From: an uncultured Gammaproteobacteria bacterium
GTDB lineage: Bacteria; Patescibacteriota; Patescibacteriia; JACPL01; CAZRYK01
DNA length: 64,000 nucleotides
Reading direction: 5' to 3'
Assembly (NCBI GenBank): GCA_964604315.1
Contig: CAZRYK010000001.1
Span: 2,459-66,458, forward strand
This document shows positions 18,726 through 27,013 of this stretch, piece after piece. Both the position numbers and the translations under genes were made by a program. Each line of letters opens with the position of its first letter. Within the stretch, counting starts at the first letter, position 1. Under the pieces are notes generated by a model that saw only the letters and a list, made by a program, of their open reading frames with translations, was not told where the DNA came from and made no database searches.

Positions 18726-18751
18726 AGTTGTCTACCCGTTGTAAGAGGTTA

Positions 18752-18912
18752 GAGCTCCTTTCAATAATCGCTTTCTTGCCATTTTGGATGATCGTGAGAG
18801 CGAAACGCGTAAAGAACGAGGAGGAATAGCGAAACTATTCTGACGAGTTCTGAATGCGTTGTAGCCTCATGAGCGCCAAAAGGGCTGAATCGGGATTATG
18901 GAAAGGAGCTCC
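18752..18912. repeat. IR-bounded conserved structured element, copy 1 (homologous to 58607-58772)
   Basis: Terminal IR AGAGCTCCTTTC / GAAAGGAGCTCC. Shared core GACGAGGAGGAATAG-hairpin-CTATT..GACGAGTTCTGAA.G.GTTG.AGGCC. Lies 26 nt upstream of the rpsF start. Confidence 0.5.
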
Positions 18913-19011
18913 TACAACATGGATTTAAAGAGTAGAGTACGTTTTTACCTCAAGGGGTACCCTACCAAAACTTACCTTGTATGTCAAGCGCGAAACTGAT
19001 AATATCCCTTT

Positions 19012-20220
19012 ATGACAAAAGAACTCTTTGTGATTTTTGGGCGGAATACCGAGCTGGCTTTGGCCGAATGGGAAGCCGGAATGCACCTGTTAGGGTTAAC
19101 ATGGAAAACTCGCGAATACGGCGGTCAGGTACTCTTGGGTTCGGTTTCCGGGGAAAAAAGTGATGCAGAAAAATGGCAACAGCAATATGGCGGAGTGATT
19201 AAGATTGGTGAAATTTTGGAAACCTTACCGGTTGTGGGAACGCGCGAAGAGACCATTCAACATTTTTTAACCGCAGAGCTGTTAACTGCCGTATTACCAA
19301 AAAGCGACCAACGCCAAAACGTGGGTTTAAGTTTTTATTCTTTGAACAAAAAATCTTCGCCGCAACGGTTAAGCACGCGTATTGTCCGTCATGCGTTGAA
19401 ACTGAAAAATGCCCTAAAAGACCAGGGTAGAAACATTCGCTTCGTGACATCGCACAATGCCGATCTGTCTTCGGTGATTTTGACGCAAGAAAAAGTGTTA
19501 GAACGCGGCGTGGAACTTAATTTTCTTTTAGGCGAAGATGACATTTTTGTTGGGCGCACATTAACGGTTCAAGATTTCAAAAGTTATAGTTTTCGTGATT
19601 ATGGCCGGCCGGCGCGCGATGCGTATTCCGGCATGTTACCCCCCAAGGTTGCGCAAATGATGGTCAATCTTTCGCAATGCCCATTAAACGGCACACTTTT
19701 AGACCCGTTTGTTGGCTCGGGCACGGTTTTGCAGGAAGCCATGCTGTTGGGGTATAAAAATCTGCGCGGATCGGATTTGTCTGAAGACGCTGTGGCAGAC
19801 ACCAATAAAAATCTCACGTGGCTTATGCAAGAGTACAAGGTGGATGCTGACGTGGATCTTTTTGTTTCGGATGTGGTGGATCTTGGCGAGCATATACCGC
19901 GCGGAAGTATTGACGCGATTGTGACAGAACCGTATTTAGGCCCGGCAGATAAGGGGCGCGTCAATGCAACGATTATTCAAAAAAATCTTACGAAGCTGGA
20001 ACATTTATACAAAGACGCTTTCCGCGTGTTAGCCCAGCTGCTAAAACCCCGCGGCACAATGGTAGTGGTGATTCCGTCGTTTGTTTTTCAGGGCCAGACT
20101 TTTCGCCTGCCGCTTGCGTCGCTTTTCCCGCCATCACTTTCTATTCAACAACAACTACCGTATTCCCGACCCAACCAATACGTGACGCGAACCATTGTGG
20201 TGGCCGAAAAAAAACGTTGA
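19012..20220 (+). CDS. Class I SAM-dependent RNA methyltransferase (UPF0020/THUMP-associated, likely m2G type)
   Basis: 'LLDPFVGSGTVLQEA' and 'VTEPYLGP' (DPPY-like) motifs; 402 aa. Confidence 0.6.
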   Translation: MTKELFVIFGRNTELALAEWEAGMHLLGLTWKTREYGGQVLLGSVSGEKSDAEKWQQQYGGVIKIGEILETLPVVGTREETIQHFLTAELLTAVLPKSDQRQNVGLSFYSLNKKSSPQRLSTRIVRHALKLKNALKDQGRNIRFVTSHNADLSSVILTQEKVLERGVELNFLLGEDDIFVGRTLTVQDFKSYSFRDYGRPARDAYSGMLPPKVAQMMVNLSQCPLNGTLLDPFVGSGTVLQEAMLLGYKNLRGSDLSEDAVADTNKNLTWLMQEYKVDADVDLFVSDVVDLGEHIPRGSIDAIVTEPYLGPADKGRVNATIIQKNLTKLEHLYKDAFRVLAQLLKPRGTMVVVIPSFVFQGQTFRLPLASLFPPSLSIQQQLPYSRPNQYVTRTIVVAEKKR

Positions 20221-20256
20221 CAGAAATACAAAGATAGATCACACTCCCAATCAACA

Positions 20257-20523
20257 TTGGAGGTGTGTATGATGTCCGAGTCCGCGATGATCCTCCGGAT
20301 TGTCGAGGGCGTCGCGCGGGACGTCGCGACCAACGGAACGCCAAAGGAGACTCTGCACGAGATGTGCAGGCGTCTTCTGAACGTCGTTGGACCGGCGGAT
20401 TTTCGCTCCGCACTTGATGCCCTTGCGGCACTTGAGCGGATCGAAGACGCCGATGTCGCGGCGGCCGTTCGCCACGCGCGTCTTGCGCTCGAGGAGCGCA
20501 CGCGCCGTTACACGCAACTCTGA
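20257..20523 (+). CDS. Hypothetical small protein in a roughly 65% GC islet; true start probably the ATG at 20269 after GGAGG
   Basis: RBS GGAGGTGTGT-ATG. GC content far above surroundings, and overlapping antisense ORFs are typical of GC-rich coding DNA. No recognised domain. Confidence 0.45.
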   Translation: MEVCMMSESAMILRIVEGVARDVATNGTPKETLHEMCRRLLNVVGPADFRSALDALAALERIEDADVAAAVRHARLALEERTRRYTQL

Positions 20524-20566
20524 CCGGAACCTCAAAGCGAGATGCTTCGGGGTTCCTTGAATTTTA
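20524..20566 (+). terminator. Hairpin (GGAACC...GGTTCC) downstream of the GC-rich gene
   Basis: GGAACCTCAAAGCGAGATGCTTCGGGGTTCC followed by TTGAATTTTA. Confidence 0.4.
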
Positions 20567-20583
20567 CTTTGGAGGGGGAAACC

Positions 20584-21630
20584 CTATGAGAAGTGAAAGT
20601 GCACCACGTCGCCGTCTTGAATGGTGTATTCTTTCCCTTCCATGCGCAATAACCCTTTGTCGCGTGCCGCGGCATAACTTCCGGCATCGACTAAATCTTT
20701 CCAATTTATCACCTCGGCGCGAATAAACCCTTTTTCAAAATCGGTGTGAATAATCCCTGCGGCTTGTGGCGCTTTTGTGCCAGCAGATGTGGTCCATGCG
20801 TGAGTTTCTTTTTCGCCGGCGGTAAAGAATGTGATAAGCCCCAACAGATGGTAACTCGCTTTAATGAGCCGTGTTAAACCGGATTCGGTCACGCCTAAAC
20901 TTTGTAAATATTCGGCCGCGTCTTTTTCTTCCATCTGCGTCAACTCGGCCTCAATTTTTGCCGAGACTTTAATATGGCCGGGAAGCGCAGGCGTGACAAG
21001 CTCACCTTCATCCACATTCTCTACTATTAAAAAAGATTTGGCTGTTAACAAATTGAGATCGCGGGTCAATAACTTCTCGTCATCATCAAGCGCAACCGTA
21101 TTGGCAAGTTTCCCGGAAGAAAGCGCGTCAAATATTTTTTGCACCGCGTCCCGCAATTTCGCGCGTTGTTTGTCCCCGGACTTGGCGTCTTTGGCGGAGG
21201 TCGCTAATCGCTTTTCTACAACCTGCAAATCCGCCAAGATTAATTCGGTTTCAATGGTTTCTTTGTCACTGCGAGGATCTGCGGTTCCATGCACATGCGA
21301 GACATCGGCATCGTGGAAGTACCGCACCACATGAGCTATCGCATCGACTTCGCGGATATGCGACAAAAATTTGTTCCCCAAACCCTCGCCTTTGTGCGCG
21401 CCGGCAACCAGCCCCGCAATATCGACAAACTCCATAACCGCCGGAATCTCTTTTGCCGATGCGAAAGTTTGCGACAACGCGCTAATCCTCGCATCCGGAA
21501 CCGGCACCACGCCAACATTAGGATCAATGGTGCAAAACGGATAGTTCGCCGCATCGACCTGCTGTTTGGTAAGCGCGGAAAAAAGCGTAGATTTGCCGAC
21601 GTTAGGAAGCCCAACAATGCCGATTTTCAT
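20584..21630 (-). CDS. ychF: Ribosome-binding ATPase YchF
   Basis: 'MKIGIVGLPNVGKSTLF'; TGS domain at C-terminus; 348 aa. Confidence 0.9.
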   Translation of the reverse strand: MKIGIVGLPNVGKSTLFSALTKQQVDAANYPFCTIDPNVGVVPVPDARISALSQTFASAKEIPAVMEFVDIAGLVAGAHKGEGLGNKFLSHIREVDAIAHVVRYFHDADVSHVHGTADPRSDKETIETELILADLQVVEKRLATSAKDAKSGDKQRAKLRDAVQKIFDALSSGKLANTVALDDDEKLLTRDLNLLTAKSFLIVENVDEGELVTPALPGHIKVSAKIEAELTQMEEKDAAEYLQSLGVTESGLTRLIKASYHLLGLITFFTAGEKETHAWTTSAGTKAPQAAGIIHTDFEKGFIRAEVINWKDLVDAGSYAAARDKGLLRMEGKEYTIQDGDVVHFHFS

Positions 21631-21757
21631 ATTTTTCCAAAGTAAGATTTGACAAGAAAAAAATTTGTGGTATTAATAGACTTGTCTCGTAGAGCTGTTC
21701 AATAAACCCGAAGGAGGATTTTTGATGCCTCCACGTATTTAATCACAGATCGCTACT

Positions 21758-22216
21758 ATGCTCAAGGTCGTATTAGACACCAATGTTCTTATTAACGGCG
21801 TGCAGGACGAATTTAGCTTTGCGAGCCGAATTATTAATGCTATCATCGAGGGCAAGATGCTCGCTATTGTGAGCCCGCACATTGTCCGTGAAAATACGCG
21901 GCTGGCCGAACGCTTAATTACCGACATGGAATACATGGACAAATTGGAAGACTACCACGACGTCACAAGGCTTGTGATGCCGGTAAAACATTTGCGACTT
22001 TCATCGGACCGCGATGACGATAAATTTTTAGATGCGGCGATTGAAGGATCGGCAAACTTTATTGTGAGCGACGACTCCGACCTGTTGGATTTGGGCGAAG
22101 TTGATGGCGTGCGCGTGGTGGCACCAGAAGAATTTTGGAACATCTACTCCGAAGGCGACGAAACAGAGGAGCAATCGGCGTGGAGCGAATGGGCATCAAC
22201 CATAGGAATCGGTTAG
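21758..22216 (+). CDS. PIN-domain protein (orphan toxin-like nuclease)
   Basis: 'VVLDTNVLI', acidic residues D..E..D; no adjacent antitoxin ORF recognised. Confidence 0.6.
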   Translation: MLKVVLDTNVLINGVQDEFSFASRIINAIIEGKMLAIVSPHIVRENTRLAERLITDMEYMDKLEDYHDVTRLVMPVKHLRLSSDRDDDKFLDAAIEGSANFIVSDDSDLLDLGEVDGVRVVAPEEFWNIYSEGDETEEQSAWSEWASTIGIG

Positions 22217-23040
22217 GGCCGCCGCTTTGATGCTTCTACAACATTAGACAACACCATGGCAACGGTCATGGGACCAACGCCACCCGGAACTGGAGTACGA
22301 AACCCTTCAATGTTTTTTAATCCCAACGGTCGAACGTCACCATAGATGTTGTTATTTTTGCGCGTAATGCCAATGTCAATAATCGCAACCGGCGAATGAA
22401 ACATTTTTGCGCGCAAGGCATGCGGTTTGCCAAGCGCCGTTACCACCACCTCTGCTTCTTTTACCTGTTTACCGTTGAAGCGCGTTTTGCCAAACCCCAA
22501 GACACGCATACCGCGTCGTTCTAGAAGCTTTTCCATGTTCGACAGAAAAATATCGGACTTGCCTAACACGACGGCTTTTTTTCCGCGAAAATCCCACTGC
22601 GTTTCGTCTAAGAATCGTTCAACGGCCAAAAACAACGGTGACCGAATGCCCGGCATATTGTGCTGAAACGCCTGCACGTTTACTGGATGAAAACCATCAA
22701 CGTCTTTTTGAGGGTCAATGGTCTGAATCACCGCATTCGTGTTTACCCCTTTTGGTAAAGGTAGCTGGACTAAAATGCCGTGGATCGCAGGTCTCTCGTT
22801 CCACTTGCGAATCTGCTGACAAATCGTTTCTTGCGGCGTGTTTTTTGGTAAAACGACTCGATCAACCGCAACGCCAATACGTTTTCCTTCGCGGGCTTTT
22901 AACAACGTGTAGACTTCGGATGCCGGATCGTCCCCCACCAATAGCACGCCCAACCCGGGACGCAAATGTTGCTCCTGAATCGTTTTTTTTAAATCGGCAA
23001 GAATGGTTCGCGCTAAAGGTTTGCCTAAAAGTTTTTGCAT
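22213..23040 (-). CDS. folD: Bifunctional methylene-THF dehydrogenase/cyclohydrolase FolD
   Basis: 'GVGPMTVAMVLSNVVEA', NAD-binding 'VVLGKSDI'. Start placed at MQKLL (ATG 23038-23040), 1 nt from the glyA stop. Confidence 0.85.
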   Translation of the reverse strand: MQKLLGKPLARTILADLKKTIQEQHLRPGLGVLLVGDDPASEVYTLLKAREGKRIGVAVDRVVLPKNTPQETICQQIRKWNERPAIHGILVQLPLPKGVNTNAVIQTIDPQKDVDGFHPVNVQAFQHNMPGIRSPLFLAVERFLDETQWDFRGKKAVVLGKSDIFLSNMEKLLERRGMRVLGFGKTRFNGKQVKEAEVVVTALGKPHALRAKMFHSPVAIIDIGITRKNNNIYGDVRPLGLKNIEGFRTPVPGGVGPMTVAMVLSNVVEASKRRP

Positions 23041-23041
23041 A

Positions 23042-24376
23042 CTAGGCGTGGTAAAGCGGGAAAGCTTGACATAATGTTTTGATTTTCTCGCGCAATGTGT
23101 TATGCAGTTCTTCATTCGATGGATTGCGCAATGTCTGTACAATGACATCGGCAACGGCATCGACCTCGGATGCTTTCATGCCGCGCGTCGTCATAACCGG
23201 CGTGCCTAATCGCAAACCCGAGGGGTTCATGGGCTTGCGCGGATCGTTGGGAATCATACTTTTGTTTGTGTGAATCCCAGCATTGTCTAAAATGCTTTCG
23301 GCAGTTTTGCCATCCAGATCGACGCTTTGTAAATCCACCAAAAGAAGATGATTGTCTGTCCCACCCGAAACCAAACGAATGCCGGCTTCCATCAGTTTTT
23401 CAGCGAGCTGTTTAGCGTTTACCAATACCTGCTTCTGGTATTCTCCAAAAGAGGGCAGCATGGCTTCCTGAAACGCCACAGCTTTGGCGGCAATAACATG
23501 ATCCAACGGCCCGCCTTGCATTCCCGGAAATACGGCGCGATCCACCAATTGCGCAAGATTCCATTTTGACTCGGGATGGTATCGGTCTTTATGCCGATCG
23601 TCTTTTTTTGACAATATCAATCCTGCGCGCGGGCCACGAAGCGTTTTATGCGTGGTGCTCGTAATAACATCGGCATGCGGCACAGGATCTGGATGAAGTT
23701 TAGCGGCAACTAACCCGGCAATGTGCGCCATGTCGACCATAAAGTACGCGCCCACTTCATCGGCAATCGCGCGAAACGCGGCAAAATCGATGAGACGAGG
23801 ATACACCGTTGCGCCGGCAAGCAGAATTTTAGGTTTGTGCTGGTGAGCAAGAGTGCGAACAGCGTCCATATCGATGCGCTCATCGGCTCCGACGCCGTAC
23901 GGAACAAAATGAAACAACTTTCCCGAAAAATTTACCGGCGAGCCATGCGTTAAGTGTCCGCCTTGATCCAAGCTCATGGCCATAATGGTTTCCCCGGGTT
24001 CTCCTAACGCAAAATAAGCGGCCATATTGGCTTGGCTACCCGCATGAGGTTGGACATTGGCATGTTCTGCGCCAAAAAGTTTTTTTGCGCGCTCCCGAGC
24101 AATGTCTTCAATACTATCGATAATCTGGTTTCCGCCGTAATACCGCTTGCCCGGATAGCCTTCGGAATATTTATTCGTGAGCGGCGAGCCCATGGCTTCC
24201 ATAACCGCTTGCGACGCGACGTTTTCCGAGGCAATCATTTCTAAACCGTCATTTTGCCGCTGGGTTTCTTTCTGAATGGCGCTATAAATTTCTGGGTCCG
24301 TTTGTTGAAGATGAGGATAGTGCATAGATCTTAAACGATGAAAATAAATAAAATCACGAGTTTTTGAGGAAGTCAT
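23042..24376 (-). CDS. glyA: Serine hydroxymethyltransferase
   Basis: '[12 protein letters not shown]', PLP-Lys region; start may be the internal M ([13 protein letters not shown]) at 24322. Confidence 0.9.
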   Translation of the reverse strand: MTSSKTRDFIYFHRLRSMHYPHLQQTDPEIYSAIQKETQRQNDGLEMIASENVASQAVMEAMGSPLTNKYSEGYPGKRYYGGNQIIDSIEDIARERAKKLFGAEHANVQPHAGSQANMAAYFALGEPGETIMAMSLDQGGHLTHGSPVNFSGKLFHFVPYGVGADERIDMDAVRTLAHQHKPKILLAGATVYPRLIDFAAFRAIADEVGAYFMVDMAHIAGLVAAKLHPDPVPHADVITSTTHKTLRGPRAGLILSKKDDRHKDRYHPESKWNLAQLVDRAVFPGMQGGPLDHVIAAKAVAFQEAMLPSFGEYQKQVLVNAKQLAEKLMEAGIRLVSGGTDNHLLLVDLQSVDLDGKTAESILDNAGIHTNKSMIPNDPRKPMNPSGLRLGTPVMTTRGMKASEVDAVADVIVQTLRNPSNEELHNTLREKIKTLCQAFPLYHA

Positions 24377-24416
24377 TTTTCATCGCTAGATCATAGAAGG
24401 TTTATCTTTTTTGGAA

Positions 24417-25925
24417 TTAACCAAAGTCCTTAACCATATATTCTTCCTCTAAAGTATACCCCAATTTGCGATAATATTCACGCACACCCACGCCGGCAAT
24501 GACGGCCATGCGTTTAACGCCGAACGCTTTTGCGCGCTGTTCCGCTTCTTCCATCAACCGTTTCCCCAATCCCCGATGTTGGACATGCGTGTCGTGCGAA
24601 CCCGGCGAAATGAGTTCGCCATAGGTATGCACCTCACGAATAAGCGCGGCATTGTGCAATACCGGCAAAAAATGTTTGACGCCGGTAAAGAGTTGGGAGG
24701 GAAAACGCAAACGCAACAACGCATACAGGGTTCGACGATCGTGCGATTCGTAGCTTAAGAAGATTTCTTTTCCACCCGAGGCATTGTATTCGCGTGCCAC
24801 AAGTTCTAGTTCGTCGAGCGTCACCATTTTATTTGCCCGCGGCTCACGACAGCGAATACACGCACAACGCTCGCCACGCTTTGCCATTTCTTGCAACGCC
24901 ACTTGCCGCAAGTTCGTCACGCGCGAACCCGCTTGAATACTTTGGCCCGGAATGTCGCGGAACAATCGCGGAATGCGCACATACGGCGGCACGTATTTTT
25001 TAATCTGCGGAATCATGGCCAACAACGTTTCGGTCGTATACGGTTCAAACTCGCCACGTTTCCATAACTGATGCAAAATCGTCCAACGGTTCACAATGGT
25101 GGGGTAGACTTTTATTTGGTCGGGCTGGTAAGAAGGATTTTCAAATAATTCTTGGAACATGGCAATATCTTTTTCCGGCGTGGCTTTGAATAAACCCGGC
25201 ATCATATGATAGGTGATTTTAAAACCCGCATCTTTAAACAATTGCGTTGCATGCGCAGAATCCTCGGCATAATGCCCGCGACGATTGGCGTCTAAAATCT
25301 CGCGGTCTAAATGTTGAACGCCCATTTCTGCTCGCGTCGCACCCAACACGCGCCATCGCCGCACCTCGTCTTCGGTAACGTAATCTGGGCGGGTTTCCAA
25401 GGTTACGCCAATCACCCGATGCGTGGCAGTTTCATTTTGTTTTTTTGCCTCTTCTAAATTTTTTGACGGCACGCCATTAAATCCATCATAACTTCGCTGA
25501 AGAAATTCTTGTTGATAATCCCACGGAAAAAACGACCATGTGCCGCCCATCACAATCAACTCGCATTTATCTGGATGATGCCCATTGCGTTTTAACATTT
25601 CTAAACGGCTTTGCACCATGCGGTACGGGTCAAAGTCATTAGCCGTCGATCGCATGACCGCGGGTTGGTTAGACAAATAACTTTTGGGCATGTTCGGTTC
25701 CGTGGGACAATAAATACACTTTCCCGGACACGGAAAAGGTTTACTATGAACACCAATCGCCGCAATTCCCGAAAGCGTCCGGATCTCACGGACCTTTAAC
25801 ATTTTTACAAACTGCTCATCTTCGGGCATCTGCTCTTTCTTGACAAGTTGTCGATACGCTTCCAATATGTCACTATTACGCGGTACCAACGTTTTGAGTT
25901 CCTTAGCAACATTTTTTTTCACCAT
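24417..25925 (-). CDS. elp3: Elp3 homolog: radical-SAM plus GNAT tRNA wobble-uridine modification enzyme
   Basis: Radical SAM 'CPGKCIYCP', C-terminal GNAT 'RGLGKRLMEEAE'. Start placed at MVKKNV with RBS GAGGG (ATG 25923-25925). The longer track ORF (to 26171) has an implausible N-terminus. Confidence 0.8.
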   Translation of the reverse strand: MVKKNVAKELKTLVPRNSDILEAYRQLVKKEQMPEDEQFVKMLKVREIRTLSGIAAIGVHSKPFPCPGKCIYCPTEPNMPKSYLSNQPAVMRSTANDFDPYRMVQSRLEMLKRNGHHPDKCELIVMGGTWSFFPWDYQQEFLQRSYDGFNGVPSKNLEEAKKQNETATHRVIGVTLETRPDYVTEDEVRRWRVLGATRAEMGVQHLDREILDANRRGHYAEDSAHATQLFKDAGFKITYHMMPGLFKATPEKDIAMFQELFENPSYQPDQIKVYPTIVNRWTILHQLWKRGEFEPYTTETLLAMIPQIKKYVPPYVRIPRLFRDIPGQSIQAGSRVTNLRQVALQEMAKRGERCACIRCREPRANKMVTLDELELVAREYNASGGKEIFLSYESHDRRTLYALLRLRFPSQLFTGVKHFLPVLHNAALIREVHTYGELISPGSHDTHVQHRGLGKRLMEEAEQRAKAFGVKRMAVIAGVGVREYYRKLGYTLEEEYMVKDFG

Positions 25926-26134
25926 ATTAAAACCCTCGTGCGTAGAAATACTGTTCTCGCGCACGCTTTCTAAACATTTTTGGGCAAAGATTTGATTCAT
26001 TTTGTAAAAATGACTCCGACTGACTTTTCGGCATGAAGTCCTCCCTCGAAGATCAATCATCATGCCCTGCGCTTGCGGCGGAACCTCCGGACGCTTGAGC
26101 AGACTCATCGCCCCGGTATCCATGCGCAAAGCGC

Positions 26135-26932
26135 GTGCATGTGATTGATAGCTTCTCGTCCGGCAATTCATGCCTCAAAGCCATCCTGAGTCATAGTAGT
26201 AATATGAATAACCACATTGCTGAATCGCTTCTAGCGAAAAATACCAGAGCTTACCAAAAAATACAAGCCCATTTTTCGCAAACACGCTATAAACCCTGGC
26301 CGGAATTTGAGGGCTTCAAAAAATATATTAAACCCGGCATGCACATTTTAGATGTCGGCAGTGGCAATGGGCGACTGTTTCAGGAAATCAAAGACATAGG
26401 TATTCATTATACAGGCTTAGATAGCAATGCCTCGTTTATTGACACGGCGCGTCATCAATTTTCCACCCATCCTTCAAAACCCCAATTTATGGTGGGAGAT
26501 GTCCGACACTTGCCGTTTTCTAACGCCACGTTTGATGTGATTTTTTGTATTGCCGTGCTGTATCATCTTCCGTCGTTGACTTTTCGTCAAAAAACCGTAA
26601 ACGAAATGGCGCGCGTATTAAAACCCGGAGGATTTTTGATTATGTTAAACTGGAATCTTTGGCAGAAACGCTTTTGGAAAAATCACCTTCAGGCTATTCC
26701 CTCTATTCTGCGTCGCGATTTAGATGTGGGCGACTGTTGGATTCCATGGAAAAATCCCCAAGGCGTGGTGCAAGCCGAACGATTTGGCCATGCATTAAGC
26801 CTACGCGAACTGCGCACACTTCATAAAGCTGCGGGATTAACTCTCACGGATCTTGCCTACACCACAAAACGGCAAAGCTCGAGTGGCTTTAACGCCAGCA
26901 CACTATTAAGCATTGCACAAAAGATCACTTGA
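26135..26932 (+). CDS. Class I SAM-dependent methyltransferase (Methyltransf_11-like)
   Basis: 'HILDVGSGNGRLFQE'; likely start further in, at M 26204. Confidence 0.65.
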   Translation: MHVIDSFSSGNSCLKAILSHSSNMNNHIAESLLAKNTRAYQKIQAHFSQTRYKPWPEFEGFKKYIKPGMHILDVGSGNGRLFQEIKDIGIHYTGLDSNASFIDTARHQFSTHPSKPQFMVGDVRHLPFSNATFDVIFCIAVLYHLPSLTFRQKTVNEMARVLKPGGFLIMLNWNLWQKRFWKNHLQAIPSILRRDLDVGDCWIPWKNPQGVVQAERFGHALSLRELRTLHKAAGLTLTDLAYTTKRQSSSGFNASTLLSIAQKIT

Positions 26933-27013
26933 CTCTAAGGAAAGGAATGATACACTATTAGATAAAGAAACCGTTATCGGATTCTTCATTTTTATCTTAA
27001 TTATCCTTCAAAT

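Noticed and set aside
18810-18862. Hammerhead ribozyme (CGAAAC ... CUGACGAG) inside the IR-bounded element
   Set aside because: The CGAAA sits in a hairpin loop that is TGGTA in the homologous copy. The CUGANGA-like string is GCGACGAG in copy 2. The order and non-conservation do not fit a hammerhead core.
20141-20535. Three minus-strand ORFs (94-118 aa) in the GC-rich islet
   Set aside because: Antisense to the plus-strand small gene, which has a clear GGAGG RBS. The minus frames are Arg/Ser/Ala-rich and typical of GC-rich shadow ORFs. The plus frame is preferred but not proven.
24417-26171. 584-aa extended Elp3 ORF
   Set aside because: The N-terminal 82 aa (MNCRTRSYQSHARALR...) are unlike any Elp3 N-terminus and overlap the divergent methyltransferase gene start. 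An RBS-preceded ATG at 25925 gives a canonical protein.
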